Of a DNA stretch of 64,000 nt, positions 12,499-24,880 are shown one piece after another. The stretch comes from Tubiluchus corallicola. Taxonomy: Eukaryota; Animalia; Priapulida. Position 1 is the stretch's first letter. Every line of letters starts with the position of its first letter. The position numbers were made by a program, and so were the translations under genes. The stretch is from the NCBI GenBank assembly GCA_030141605.1, contig JAQGDQ010000444.1:82737-146736 (forward strand), given 5' to 3'. The notes under the pieces were generated by a model, which ran no database searches, was not told the origin of the DNA, and saw nothing but the letters and a program-made list of their open reading frames with translations.

Positions 12499-12693
12499 TT
12501 AATTTTGTATTTTTTCGTTTTTACAAAATGATGATTTCAGAGTCGAACGTGCAACAAAATTACTGTACAAGAGGGGATTGTAGCCGTAAATTTCAACCAA
12601 AAAATTTAAGCATTTACGACGTTCCATCATATGGTCGTAGTGGCTGTGAAGCTGACCATCATCTTGACTGATGAATTTACGCTTTGATTTAAT
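12499..12693 (-). CDS. EXTL3: EXTL3-type exostosin, coding exon 6 (last)
   Basis: Acceptor ttctatttgttgcAG|ATT; IKSKRKFISQDDGQLHSHYDHMMERRKCLNFLVEIYGYNPLLYSNF... matches the GT64 C-terminus H--ER-KC-N-F---YGY-PLLY; phase 0; TAA ends at 12499. Confidence 0.92.
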   Translation of the reverse strand: MKSKRKFISQDDGQLHSHYDHMMERRKCLNFLVEIYGYNPLLYSNFVARSTLKSSFCKNEKIQN

Positions 12694-14625
12694 CTGCAAC
12701 AAATAGAACAAATTTCATAAACGTTTTTTAATCCAATGTTGTTTTAGTTCAGTTTTTTGCAATAATCAACAGAACAATCACTCACCTTGTGTCGCTGTAT
12801 CTTTTATACTACACGACTTATTTCATTAATCCACACGCTTTAAGACAATTAATTCGTGATCGATTAATAGCCCGACTACGAACCCCCTGGACGTACTCAA
12901 CTATTTTTACTCGAACAAATCAACATAACACTTGTGGTTTGGGAATTCGAACATTCGGACAGCTCGTACAATTTGCTAGAGGTGTATAACGGAGTGGACA
13001 TGTTATAGCAGGTGTGGTATTGTTAGCCATTTTGATCAAGTGATAAACGTGTATAAATTTTTAAAGTCGACAAGTAGTTCTTCGGTTGACTTTTGGGTCC
13101 ACCCAGGGTATTTTCAATAATCTGGCTTACTTACTTGACCCAGAAAAAATTGGTAGGAGTTTAATTTCCAGGATTGCTGACTTTATATGTCTGGGGAGTT
13201 CAGACCCACCATGAAGCATCAGTCGCCTGTTGTCCATTCATGAATTGAGAAAAAGCAGATATACATGATTGTTAAAAATATATAAAAAAGCAGCAATTTA
13301 AATTTAAAAATATGAATGCGATGTCACGGCTGGATTCGCTCTATTCTCTCAATACGTAAACAGGTTAGCATGTAAGTTCCGGTTTTGTCATGAGTCACGG
13401 CTGACATATTACTGTTATAATTTTTTCTTTATCGTCATGATACCACTTCCAAATAAAATAAAGTTTTAAAAATAAGTTACCAACGCGTTCGAGCAGTTTG
13501 TCAAGAACAAAGATCCACTTGATAATTTTGGTATGGATAACATTGGGACAAGATGATGATCAAGCTCAAAAGCCATCCCAAGTGAACATCTAGAGCAGGG
13601 TAAACCGTTACAAACCCCAAATGGCTGCACTGCAATGGTCTACATAGTGAGATATCTGAATCAGCTCAATGCAAAGAATAAGAGTGGCCTGTCAACTACT
13701 GATAATGACAGAAATCGTCACCTAGGCACTATAACAATCATGATTTCTGCACAAATGCATATTATGTGTAACTGTATTTGCAGCCAACTTAAAATGTCCC
13801 CAGTGAGGTGATGTAAATTCCAGCTTCAGATAAGGAGTATTCCTTAACCTTGAAAAGCTAAGACACCAAAAGTGGTAATTTTCTTTATTTAAATAGCGAA
13901 GGCTATAGAGAAGCCACCTTGTCAGCCATTTTGAAAATGGCAGCTACTTTGGACAAGAAAATAGCATGAATAAATTTTCCGTGTCACAGTAGCCTGGACG
14001 TCATCTGTTAGTTGACTCTTTACGTTAGGGTTAGAGCAACTAAAGTATTTTACATACTTTGATATCGTTTTGGCGGCCATTTTATTATAGGCTAACAATA
14101 TTATACTTGACATAATTTACTGCTAATGGGCAACAAAAATATAATGAAAAAAACTTTAAATCTCAAAATATGGGTGAGCCAAACTATCAATATAGACATC
14201 CTTGGGGCAAAGTGTACACTACTATGTCCATTATTAAACGGACATTACTAAATGAAACCGGAAGTAAATGGAATTACTAAATACCCCGAACAGACTTTCT
14301 TTGGGCATGTGGCCATTTTGAAAGTAGCTCATGCAAGATATCCAAGTGAGACAGCTTGCATCTTGAAATTGAACACTTGTTCTAGGCGTTAACTGATTAC
14401 CCGCTTTGAACACAGTTTTCAACGAAGCTAGCATGCTTTTCGAAACTCTTGATTTCTGTAAGAAAATAAGACGTTTCTAATAATTTGACTTTTTGCCTTC
14501 CGTATTATCAGCAAGGTGTCTATTTTCAATATTGACAACGTGAGGACTTGCAGATTACCTAATCATACAAGAGATTTACTGGATTTAATATGATTATATT
14601 GCACTGTTGCTGGATTCCCGTCCAA

Positions 14626-14669
14626 AACCTAAACCTTTCCCTAACCTAACCTAACCTAACCTAACCTAA
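14626..14669. repeat. (CCTAA)n / (TTAGG)n microsatellite
   Basis: ccctaacctaacctaacctaacctaacctaat seen directly. Confidence 0.9.
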
Positions 14670-15139
14670 TGTGCCTTAATACAGTATTTACCGCAAACGG
14701 TAGATGTTAATACGTAGTTGGTCAGACTATGTCCTCTCCGCAATAGTGTAGGGAGTCGCAGGACTTAACCGTCTCGGAAACCACAGGCTTCATGAAAATG
14801 TAGTGTACTGAATGTAAAATTGCGTGGGCCAATCAAAGTTCAGTTTTCTAGTCCAATTTTCTCGAGCGTGTAACCTGTTCTCGTAAATACGAGGGCGGTG
14901 CATTCTGGGCCATGTTCGGCTTCGGGTTTCATTTCGTTTTCTCTTCTTGGTTGCTGTTATTAAGTCAGTCGTGATTCAGTAATTTTTGGTTTAACCCTCT
15001 GGTTTGCATTTTGATTCAACACGTAACTGTCAGCTATAAACGTTGCTAAGTGTTTCATTTTACTGTTTTTCTTCCTTTTCTTCTTTTATAATTTTCTTTA
15101 GTTAATTATGAATCCTTGTTATCATAGACGGCATCACAC

Positions 15140-15157
15140 TGGTGTCAGAAGTGGGAT
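15140..15157 (+). promoter_or_regulatory. Primer-binding site complementary to tRNA-Leu 3' end
   Basis: TGGTGTCAGAAGTGGGAT, 18 nt, 1 nt after the LTR-terminal CA; reverse complement ATCCCACTTCTGACACCA is the conserved eukaryotic tRNA-Leu 3' end. Confidence 0.9.
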
Positions 15158-16703
15158 TTCTCCGACGTTGAGGTGTAGCCAACAGAACTTGCTAGTTCTG
15201 CGCGTTTCCCTTGCACACTGGTTTCGTCAATGCCGTTGCATTTTGAACGCATTTGCGAGGAGCAGTTAGCTCAACTTGTAAACACTTGTTCAGTTGATGA
15301 TTTAGAATTTGATTGAACAGAGAGCAATATAGATTTTGGTACATTGGCTCAGTCAGAAGATATTGAGTTTTTTGGAAATAGTGATGAATTTTCAATGGGC
15401 AAAAAGCCAAAATGCACTTGTATTCCTTTAAGTTCATCCTTGTATACTGGTCGTGCTCAGTGCGATGTACATCGTGATGAGTCACGTTCTCGTTTTGTCC
15501 AGTCTGGTGATATAGATGCCGGTCCTACCAGATCTTTCTCCATTGTTGTGTCTACTGTTAGTAATTGTCTAACAGACACTAGTTTTCAGGACACTCGATG
15601 CGCCCAAAAGTAAATTTAGGCGCACGCTTGTTACCGAGTACCTAAAATTTAGACAGTGATTTGGCAGAAGATGTTCGTTCATTGAAACAAGAACTTGCGT
15701 CGCTGAATAGCCAATTCGCAGATTTAGGCAGTATCGTAGCTACCTTACCGCGCGCTATGTCGTTAGCACTTTCTGGAAAAAGTTAGCCGGCGGCTGATAC
15801 AGTCAAATGCGGTTATACAACTGATATTCCACGCTTGGAATTATCAGAAGGAACGCTTCCTAAGCATATAGCTAGTGTGCCCCGTGTACACTTTAAAGAT
15901 TCTGAACCGATATTGCAAAAGATAATGCATTCTAAAAATGTATGCGACACTCCCTTCGGTTATGGTTCGGCCAGTGATATTCAAAATGTTCATGAAAAAC
16001 CAAAATTCCTTGACAGAAAAGCGTTTTTAGTACAAGTAAATTCTTTCGGGAATGATGCTTCTAAGACTATAACCTTTTTGATGGAGAAAATGTTGCCTGG
16101 GAAAGCTATGAAGCCCAATTTCAATTATTAATGACTGATTGGACCGATAATGAAGCTGGGGCTCGTCTTGCCTAAAAGTTAAAAGATGCAGTTGTAGCAA
16201 TACTTGAGATAATTCCTTTAGCCCAAAGGTCCAGTTATAAAAGTTTGTCTACTGCATTGAGACGATGTTTTGGTACTCAACATAAACATAGTCTTTACAG
16301 AGCTCATTACAATGCTCGTACAAGGCGTCCAGCCGAGGACTTACGCCAGTACGCTGAGCAGTTAAGAGTGCTGTATCACAGGGCTTTTGCTACAGTTGAT
16401 TCTGAAATTGTAGAACAACAATTAGTTCTCAAGTTTGTGGACGGATTGATAGATGCGGATTTAGCAATTCACTTACAACAAAGCGCTCCCGAAAACTTGG
16501 CTAATGGGTTTGTTACTGCTGTAACTGTCGAGTCAATTTGATATTCATTACCCAGAATTGATGACTCAATTGACGCATTATCTGGAGCTGAATAGTTTTC
16601 CACACTTGATTTAAAATCAGGGTATCATCAAGTAGAAATGGCCCCAGAAGACAAGCATAAAACAGCTTCTGTAACTCACCAAGGACTGTGGCAATTTAAT
16701 TAA

Positions 16704-17633
16704 ATGCCCTTTGGTTTAATGAATGCCCCAGCAACGTTTGAACGTCTGATGGAGCAAATAGTAGCGGGATTACATTGGCGAACAGTCCTAATTTATTTGG
16801 ATGACGTCATAGTGTATGAAAGAACGTTTGACGAACATCTTGAACGATTACAAGAAGTATTTTCTCGTTTCGAACATGCTGGGCTAAAACTTAATGCAAA
16901 AAAGTGCTTACTGACACAAAAAGAAGTTTTTTATTTAAGGCACATAGTTAGCAGTGACGGTGTGAAAACGGACCCTACAAAAACGGACGCAATCAAGAAA
17001 TGGCCGCGACCTAGAAATATACGTGAATTACGAAGCTTTCTTGGCCTCTGTACGTATTATAGACGTTTCATTAAAATTTTCTCAGATATAGCCTCTCCTT
17101 TACACGAACTCACACGTAAAAATCAGCCGTATTTATGGTGCCCAAAACATCAAAATGGGTTTGAACAGCTAAAAACTGCGTTAATAAACACGCCTGTTTT
17201 AGCTTACCCGCAGTTTGAACAAGACTTTATACTAGACACAGACGCTAGCGACCATGCCGTTGGTGCAATACTTTCACAAGTGCAAGATGGACATGAACGA
17301 GTATTAGGATACTACAGTCAGGTCCTTTCCCTTCCTAAAAGTAATTATTGTGCAACGCGTAAAGAGCTACTAGCTGTTTATAAAGCTGTTAGTCATTTTC
17401 ATCATTATTTATACGGTAAATGGTTTACAATACGCACGGACCACGCAGCACTACGATGGCTTCGTTCGCTTATGCGACCAGGTCAATTAGCTCGTTGGAT
17501 CAGTAAATTAGATCAGTACGACCATGTTATTGTACACCGTAGTGGTACTAGTCATTGTAACGCAGACGCATTATCGCGAAGACCATGTTTAGTCAGTTGT
17601 TCTCATTGTCAACCCAGAGAAAAAACGTTTTAA
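16704..17633 (+). pseudogene. Gypsy pol fragment (RT C-half + RNase H)
   Basis: 309-aa ORF with MPFGLMNAPATF, YLDDV, RSFLGL, TDASD, TDH, NADALSR; upstream in-frame stops. Confidence 0.95.
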
Positions 17634-18132
17634 CTATGAACCTTCTGAACTTAACCCAGGAATATTTCACTGTGCCCCATAGCGATGATGATAGTGATTT
17701 AGCTAGAATGAAAGCTAGACAATTTTTCCGCAAAAAGGAGAACGATAATCCAAATAATGAGAGCAATGAATCTCATAAAAAACAATCTGAGCAAATGGAG
17801 CACAGGATACCTAAAAGGCCTAACCTCTACCCCGTTATGAACCTTTCTAGTGGAAAAGAGTTCGAATCAAATAATGCGCTGAAAAAGAAAACTAGTAAGT
17901 GCAATGCTGCATTGACTTATACAACCACAGTAAGAGATTTCAATCTCAGTTTCAAAGAGCAGCAAAAGCGCGATGCTGATATATGGGAGAAAATTTCGCA
18001 TTGTAACCCCACTACAAATTAATTTTAAATCACTGGGACACCTTACGATTGGAAAACGGAATTTTACAACGCAAATGGGAAAACCCTAGCGGAAATATGA
18101 TCATATGGCAATGGATAGCTCCGCGCACTTTA

Positions 18133-18530
18133 AGTAAAGAAAACCTGTTAAATTATACTATATGATAAATAATTATATTAATAAGAGGCTCACAGAAGAA
18201 AGCCAAATAAGGAGAGCTAAGGAGTGAAGCCATGTGATGACGTGTTGACCCATTTGTCAGGCTGCGCACGACGCTCATATATAAGACGCCGCCAGCAGCC
18301 GGCAGCAGAGTCGGGTCGGACTTTACACCTGCAAGCTGGACGTCTTTCGTAGATCAGGGGCTTTGGCATTGCTAAATATATATCTATTACATTTATTGTG
18401 CTGATATTTAATAAAAGTGTTATTTCGAAAATAAAGTCTTAATAGCTTTGCCATTCCTCAAACGTTTGTAACAGCTACACACGGATCACACAACGTACTA
18501 TCAACTATATATCACTTAATAAATTTTACT
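18133..18530 (+). mobile_element. 398-bp nested insertion (solo-LTR-like) with AGTAAA...TTTACT ends and 5-bp TSD CTTTA
   Basis: CTTTA at 18128..18132 and 18531..18535; removing the insert and one TSD restores integrase frame IAPRTL-RKQILKDIHENPTAGHYG; internal TATATAAG and AATAAA signals. Confidence 0.85.
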
Positions 18531-20803
18531 CTTTACGCAAACAGATTTTGAAAGATATACATGAAAATCCGACCGCTGGACATTACGGTAGACAATAGAA
18601 CGCGCTCGATACCGCTATTTTTGGCCACGTATGAATAGAGATGTAGAACTTTTTGTACGATCATGCTAAGTTTGCTGTCGTAAGAAAGGACCGCAACGTA
18701 AACCGCGGCCGCCCTTACAACAATATCGTGTAGGAGCACCTATGGAGATGGTGGCCATTGATGTAGCTGCGCCGTTTCCGTTGTCTTCGCGTAAGAACAA
18801 ATTCGTTTTGGTTGCGATGGAGTATTTTTCTAAATGGCCAGAGGCTTACGCAATCCCAAACCAGGAAGCTGAAACAGTAGCTTCAGTATTAGCTAGAGAG
18901 TAAGGTAAGGAATGTCGGTATGGAATGCCTTTAGAAATTCATTCTGATCAGGGCCGCAATTTCGAAAGCAAAATTTTTCAACAATGCTGCGAACTCATGG
19001 GCATTAAAAAAACGCGTACTACTGCATTGAACCCATAATGTGACGAACTTGCAGAACGATACATTAAGACTTTGACGTTACAAATTGCACATTTCACTTT
19101 TGACAATCAAAATGGCACGGTCCCTATGTAATAATAGATAAATTATCTGATGTAACCTATAGAATTAAGCTGCCTGATAGAAAGCAACAAATAAAAATTT
19201 TACCTGACAGTGACTGCATTGTAAATGTTGTTTTTCCTAATGAAAATAATTTTTTAACAATGTCTATCACACATTATAAAAAGCGCATGTTCATTTTATT
19301 GCACAAATACTGCCTAGTTATGATTACATGATTATAAGTTATTTTTCTCTTTAACTGCTATTTAAGCTGTTTAGGGTTTAGGGTAATTTTAAATTTATTA
19401 TTATTAGTCTTTATTTGTTTACATTTTAAAGTCTAGATGAAAGGTTGTGGATTGCCTTTTGTTTATATACATGTAGAGGCATAATTAATTCTGTTATTCA
19501 ACTTTTGACAATTGCGAAATACTTGTTTTCTGTTTGCTGATTGATGGCTGCCGTTAAGCAGCTATGACGGTATGGATTGGAGTAATGAAGGTAATACTAA
19601 CAGATAATGTTATTTCTATAGAACTATTAAGGTTAAATGAAGATTTGCAACTTGTTTGACATATTGGGTACATTAAGGGAGCAAGTATTTGTAAGTTTAA
19701 ATATGGGCAACAATGAACTGTCCAGTTCTGTAAATAAATTAATTTTTAACAAAGTCGATATTAATACGAGAAAGTGTAATCTGTGTAACCGCCAAGAGCA
19801 GGTGACGAAATTCACTGCGTATTGACGTGTTAATGCGTCAAACTACTTTTATCATGCCAGGGAAGTGTATATTAAAGCTTTATGCTATTGCAGGATATTT
19901 ACTATCTTACTGTAAGACCAACTTTTTTTCAACTTGGAAGGTAATGTAACAGTTTGGCGAAATTTTATAGTGTCATAATGTCTAATTTAATTAGCTTCAT
20001 ATAATTTTTGCTGCTCTGTATACAAATCATATTGTTATTATTTAATGGTCACCATTTTGTTGTAAAATGCATTCCATGCAATTTTTGTAATATCTCCTGC
20101 ACCCAAAAGAGTATTTAAATTTGAATAAAAGAACGTCATAAAATATGAATGTGACCTGCTTGTTAATGTTAAAAATGAAGCAGCAGTAGCGAAAAAATAC
20201 GAACTATGGGAACAAACAGCAGAGAAAAATGAATCCATTTATAGTGAAATAAATAGTGTAGCTAATGAGAATTAATAGGGTCTGACCTTGTAGTTATCTA
20301 TCCAATATTAGCCCAACAACCAACTGAAGAAAAAATCGTGAGTTTCATTGACCAGAAATCTTAATTAGTGAATGGAAAGGGTGCAATTGAAAAACGTTAT
20401 CAGACATCAGATGCTTTTTTGTTTCAGTCCAGTTGCAAACTCTCTGAGCTTCAGTCCCCATGCTGGCTTCTCAGCTGGTAAGGAATGCTGCGAAGACGGT
20501 GCAGAGGAAGGAGACCTGTGCTAAAGTCTGCGCGTATGTTGAAGCCAAGCTCTGCTAGTAAGTGTAAACGACTAATAACAGGACAACTGTGACATGGACA
20601 CGTTTTCCTCTCTCTCTAGTACTACCGACGCCATAATATAAGAGTAATCCTATATATAATCCTATATATATATATATAATCCTTTCCACAATAATTGTAG
20701 AAATCCATGTTGCTAAACTTACAATAATTAAAACTCGTTTCCATAACCTTTACTATTGCTAACAAACATAATTTAAAACACGTTTGAAACTTAACTAAAA
20801 TAC

Positions 20804-20932
20804 CTTAATTGGTGGATTTTGTGTGTAGTGAGACACCAAAAAATTGAACGCTATGTCCTCGCAGTTCATTAGTTCATCCACTTTTTTCCTGATTGTTTCT
20901 TGCATGATGTTGCTATAAATGTTCAAAAATTC
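20804..20932 (-). CDS. EXTL3: EXTL3-type exostosin, coding exon 5
   Basis: tttttcAG|GAA...AAG|GTattt, 129 nt, phase 0-0; [43 protein letters not shown] contains the GT64 NCEDI catalytic motif. Confidence 0.95.
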
Positions 20933-22629
20933 CTGAAAAATGTCAAAAACGCCAATAATCAGTTGCAATCAAAATAACTCTTTGCAGGGCAAAGGCAAGA
21001 TGGAAGTGTCGGCCCGAAAGGCATTAATTTTGGAAGCTTTTCAGAAGCTTTGTTCAAGAATTTATTTCAGGATTCTCAGGATGGATATATTGCCTTAAAT
21101 ATTAAGTGCTTCGTACTTTTGCAAATTGAGTTTTTCACCAATTGAATTAACGTTAAATATGGCTATTTTGCCGGGCGCAGTTTTTTAACAGTAACTCTGC
21201 AATAAATCAGATCACAATGGTGTTCACAAGTACTGTACGTCTTTTAGGAAAAAATGTACTGTAAGCATAAATAAGTATCATAATTATATAAACTTTAAGG
21301 TTAGCAGCAGTACTCGTTACTAGTTACTCGCATTTATTAAATTTATATTATTAATTTTAAGCATGTTTGAAAGAATGCAAACGGGTAACGTTGTTCTTTC
21401 AAAGATTGTATCTGCTCTTTTCAAATTTAAATTATTAAACATTTTTTTGCTCGATTGCTCTTTGCATGTTGTTTGTAGAAACAAAGAATGACTAGCAAAC
21501 CTATGCAAAGCATGAGCAACACCTTTTAATATAAATAACTTTGACCCACAATTAAAAAAGTCGGTTTTTGTTTTTGCTAGTCCTTTACTAATTTATGAAC
21601 AGAGTTTGTTCATTTAAACATTTAATTATATTAATTAACAATTGGAATTGTTATGTGTACTTTCTGTTAGACTTGCTTTCCTGTCAAACTGCAATCCTGT
21701 AAATTATGCAGCTTGAAGCAAACAAGTTTATTTCCTGTTTGCCAGTGACAATTACTTCATATAAATTGTTTACAAAAAATGTGAACTAAGAAATACCGAA
21801 ACTTATAGCTTTGGGTTCATATCTAAGTTATTATATTCATATTTCTATATTCATGCCAGATTTACCACATTTCCTTTTTTCAAATTGCTGTCCTACATTA
21901 CTATACAAAAACAATTTCCTTCATTGTTGCAGTTTTTCTCAATATGATTAATTGTTTAAAAACAGGATACATTTACTTTACCAAGTTAGTACCAAAAACA
22001 CCGAAGGAGTAAATCTACACTTGTGTCATGCCAACACGTCTAATCTACCTGCCGAACTGATCGGTTGGACGTCCGCGAGAATACAGCTAACCATGCTTCT
22101 TGTCCTTGTTGTTGTTGTGTACATTGTAGTATAACCTGGTTTCGGCAAGTTTTTGCAAGTCTGCGATATATGGCATACAGACCAAAAGAGAAGCCTGCAC
22201 TTGTTAATTAGCTTGTCACTTAATCATAATTTTCATTTTATCTAGTTTGCATAAAATGTAGCTCATACACAAAGTAAAATGAATCGCACAAAACAATGAA
22301 ATGTGGTATAAGAGAAGAAACAGCAAAATAACTACACAGTTGAGAAAACCTTGACCAATAGATGTTTTTTACATTAAAATTTAATTAGCGTACCGTAACA
22401 CCCATATTTCAGTTTTTACTCAACTTGCACTAACATATACAAATTTTGGGACATCCAAATATTCTTGTTTGCTGGGCCTTGCTAAACCGCTTCTTATTTG
22501 AAAATTCAATTTCAATTTATTTATTCACTCATAATGGTACCTTGTGTAATAATAATAATACACCTTGAACCGGTCAATCCATTTTCCAGAATTAATTCAT
22601 GACTAACATAGTCCTCAAAAATCGTGCCT

Positions 22630-24880
22630 ACTTACCTAACGCAAAGCCTGTAGCAGTTTTAAAGCCCGTAACATCCTGCCTACTGTTTGTTTAACTAACG
22701 CAAAGCCTGTTTTACTGAATTAAAGTTATAGACAGAGTACAGCAGGCAGCTTTTACTGAATTAAAGCTATAGACAGAGTACAACGGATGACGTCACTACA
22801 ATGGCATTGCGTCAGCAGTTTTATAGGCGAAAATCGCCGAAAATGGAACTCCTAATTAACTCGCCAGTACGCCTCTCGGTGGACCTGTCCTAAAATATAA
22901 CCTACATCATCGTGTAGCCCTGTCCTTCCTCTTTGTAAAGAGCTATATATCTCCTTCCTAGAGTCCCACCGGGCGACGCTAGAACGTTTTTTCCGCAGGC
23001 TGTTTGGTCAAAATTTCGAAAAAATCGCGAGTTGGGCCCGGAAAAACGCCTGTTACGGGACGCCGTGGCCCTCTCGCGAATTCTAAATATGCCTACTACA
23101 CCCACCGCTGAACGGGCTATCTATCAATACCCAGCACCACCCTCGGCCCATTCCAGTTCTTCAGAAATAAGATGTATAACTTTTGCAAAAAATGGCCGAA
23201 AAATGGCCATTTTTGAAGGTTTTTCGCCCCCCTTCCTCCCGGTGAGCCCGATTCGAAAAATAAACCATCAATGAGACGACACTAGATGGAGACCTTTCGT
23301 TTGGTATATAGATCGCCGCAAATGGTGCCGCCGTTGGAGCTGTAGCCTCGAATCTTATATATATATAAATAAATATATATACCAAAAATATTAATATAAG
23401 AGACTAGCAAAGGCCCCGCAAAAGATTTTGCGTAAAAAACCACGTATAATCAATAATACGCGAACATCCTACCTAGTCCTCATGTATAATGCAAAGCCTG
23501 TAACATCCTGCCTATTGTTTGTTTACTTTGCCTGTAGCAGCTTTTTGCTGAATTAAAGCTATAAGATTATAGGCAGAGTACAATGGATGACGTCACAACA
23601 ATGGCATTGCGTCAGCAGTTTTCTAAGCGAAAATTGCCGAAAATAGAACATCTAATTAACTTGCCAGTACTCCTCTCCGTGGACGTGTCCTAAAATGTAG
23701 CCTACATCATCGTGTAGCCCTGTTTTTTCTCTTTCTGGTGAGCTGTATATCTCCTTCCGAGAGTCCCACCAGGCGCCGCTAGAACGTTTCCGCATGCTGT
23801 TTGATCAGAATTTCGAAAAAATCGCGTGTTGGCTCCGGAAAAACGCCAGTTGCGGGGCGCCGTGGCCCTCTCGCGAATTCTAAATAGGCGTATGACACCC
23901 ACCGCTGAACAGGCTATCTATCCATACCCAGCAGCACCCTCGGCCCATTCCCGTTCTTCAGATCTCAGGCGTATAACTTTTGCAAAAAACGGCCATTTTT
24001 GGAGGTTTTTCGCCCCCCGTTCCTCCCGGTGGGCCAAATTCGAAAAATAAACCATCAATGGCACGACACTAGATCGAGACCTTTCGTTTGATGTATAGAT
24101 CGCCGCAAATGGTGGCCTCCTCCGGGCTGTAGCCTCGAATCTTATATATATATATAAATAAATTAAGCCCATACCAAGAATATTAATATAAGGTACTAGC
24201 AAAGGCCCCGCAAAAGATTTTGCGTAAAAAACCACGTGTAATCAATAATACGCGAACATCCTTCCTAGTCCTCATTTATAACACAAAGCCCGTAACATTC
24301 TGCCTACTGTATGTCTGTTTATCTAACGCAGAGCAGCTTTTTGCTGAATTAAAGTTATAGAGTACAATGGATGAACTCAGCACAATGGAATGCGGTCAAC
24401 ACGGTTTTATAAGCGAAAAATGTCGAAATTTGCGGAAAATGAAACACGTAATTAACTCGTTGATACTCCTCTAGGTGGACCTGCCCTGACATATAGCCCA
24501 CATCATCGTGTAGCCCTGTCCTTCCTATTTGTAAAGAGCCCCATATCTCCTTCCTAGAGTCCCACCGCGCGACGCTAGAACGTTTTTCCCGCATGCTGTT
24601 CGGTCAAAATTTCGAAAAAATCGCGAGTTGGGTCCGGGAAAACGCCCGTTGCGGGGCGCCCTGGGCCCTCTCAGGAATTCTAGATATGCCTATCTATCCA
24701 TATCCAGCACCACCCTCGATCCGTTCCCGTTCTCTACATCTCAGCCGTATAACTTTTGCAAAGAACAGCCAAAAAATGGCCATTTTTGGAGGTTTTTCGC
24801 CTCCCCTTCCTCCCGGTGGGCCCGATTCGAAAAATAAACCATCAATGGCACGACACTAGATCGAGACCTTTCGTTTGATC
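22630..24880 (-). mobile_element. Head-to-tail tandem array (~2.8 units of ~790-800 bp) of the Helitron-like repeat, in EXTL3 intron 4
   Basis: catcatcgtgtagccctg recurs at ~22905, 23705, 24501; CTAG at 23404 and 24196, each 9 nt from hairpin CGCAAAAGATTTTGCG. Confidence 0.75.

Larger units (their letters stand above)
14747..19170 (+). mobile_element. Decayed Ty3/Gypsy LTR retrotransposon in EXTL3 intron 5, antisense to the gene
   Basis: Probable 5' LTR ending ...catcaCA at 15138 (TG start ~14747 uncertain); PBS; gag capsid 16245..16541; [30 protein letters not shown]; RNase H TDASD..ELLA..TDH; integrase H-H-C-C, IDVAAP, HSDQGRNFES, ER; WHGPYVIIDKLSDVTYRI at ~19112..19166; stops, deletions, no 3' LTR seen. 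Confidence 0.95.

Noticed and set aside
19540-20280. Possible decayed coding region with CxxC (KCNLCN)
   Set aside because: No recognisable family motif or continuous frame
21980-22195. AG...GT-bounded minus-strand segment considered as an EXTL3 exon
   Set aside because: Stops in all three frames; the true exon is 26228..26372
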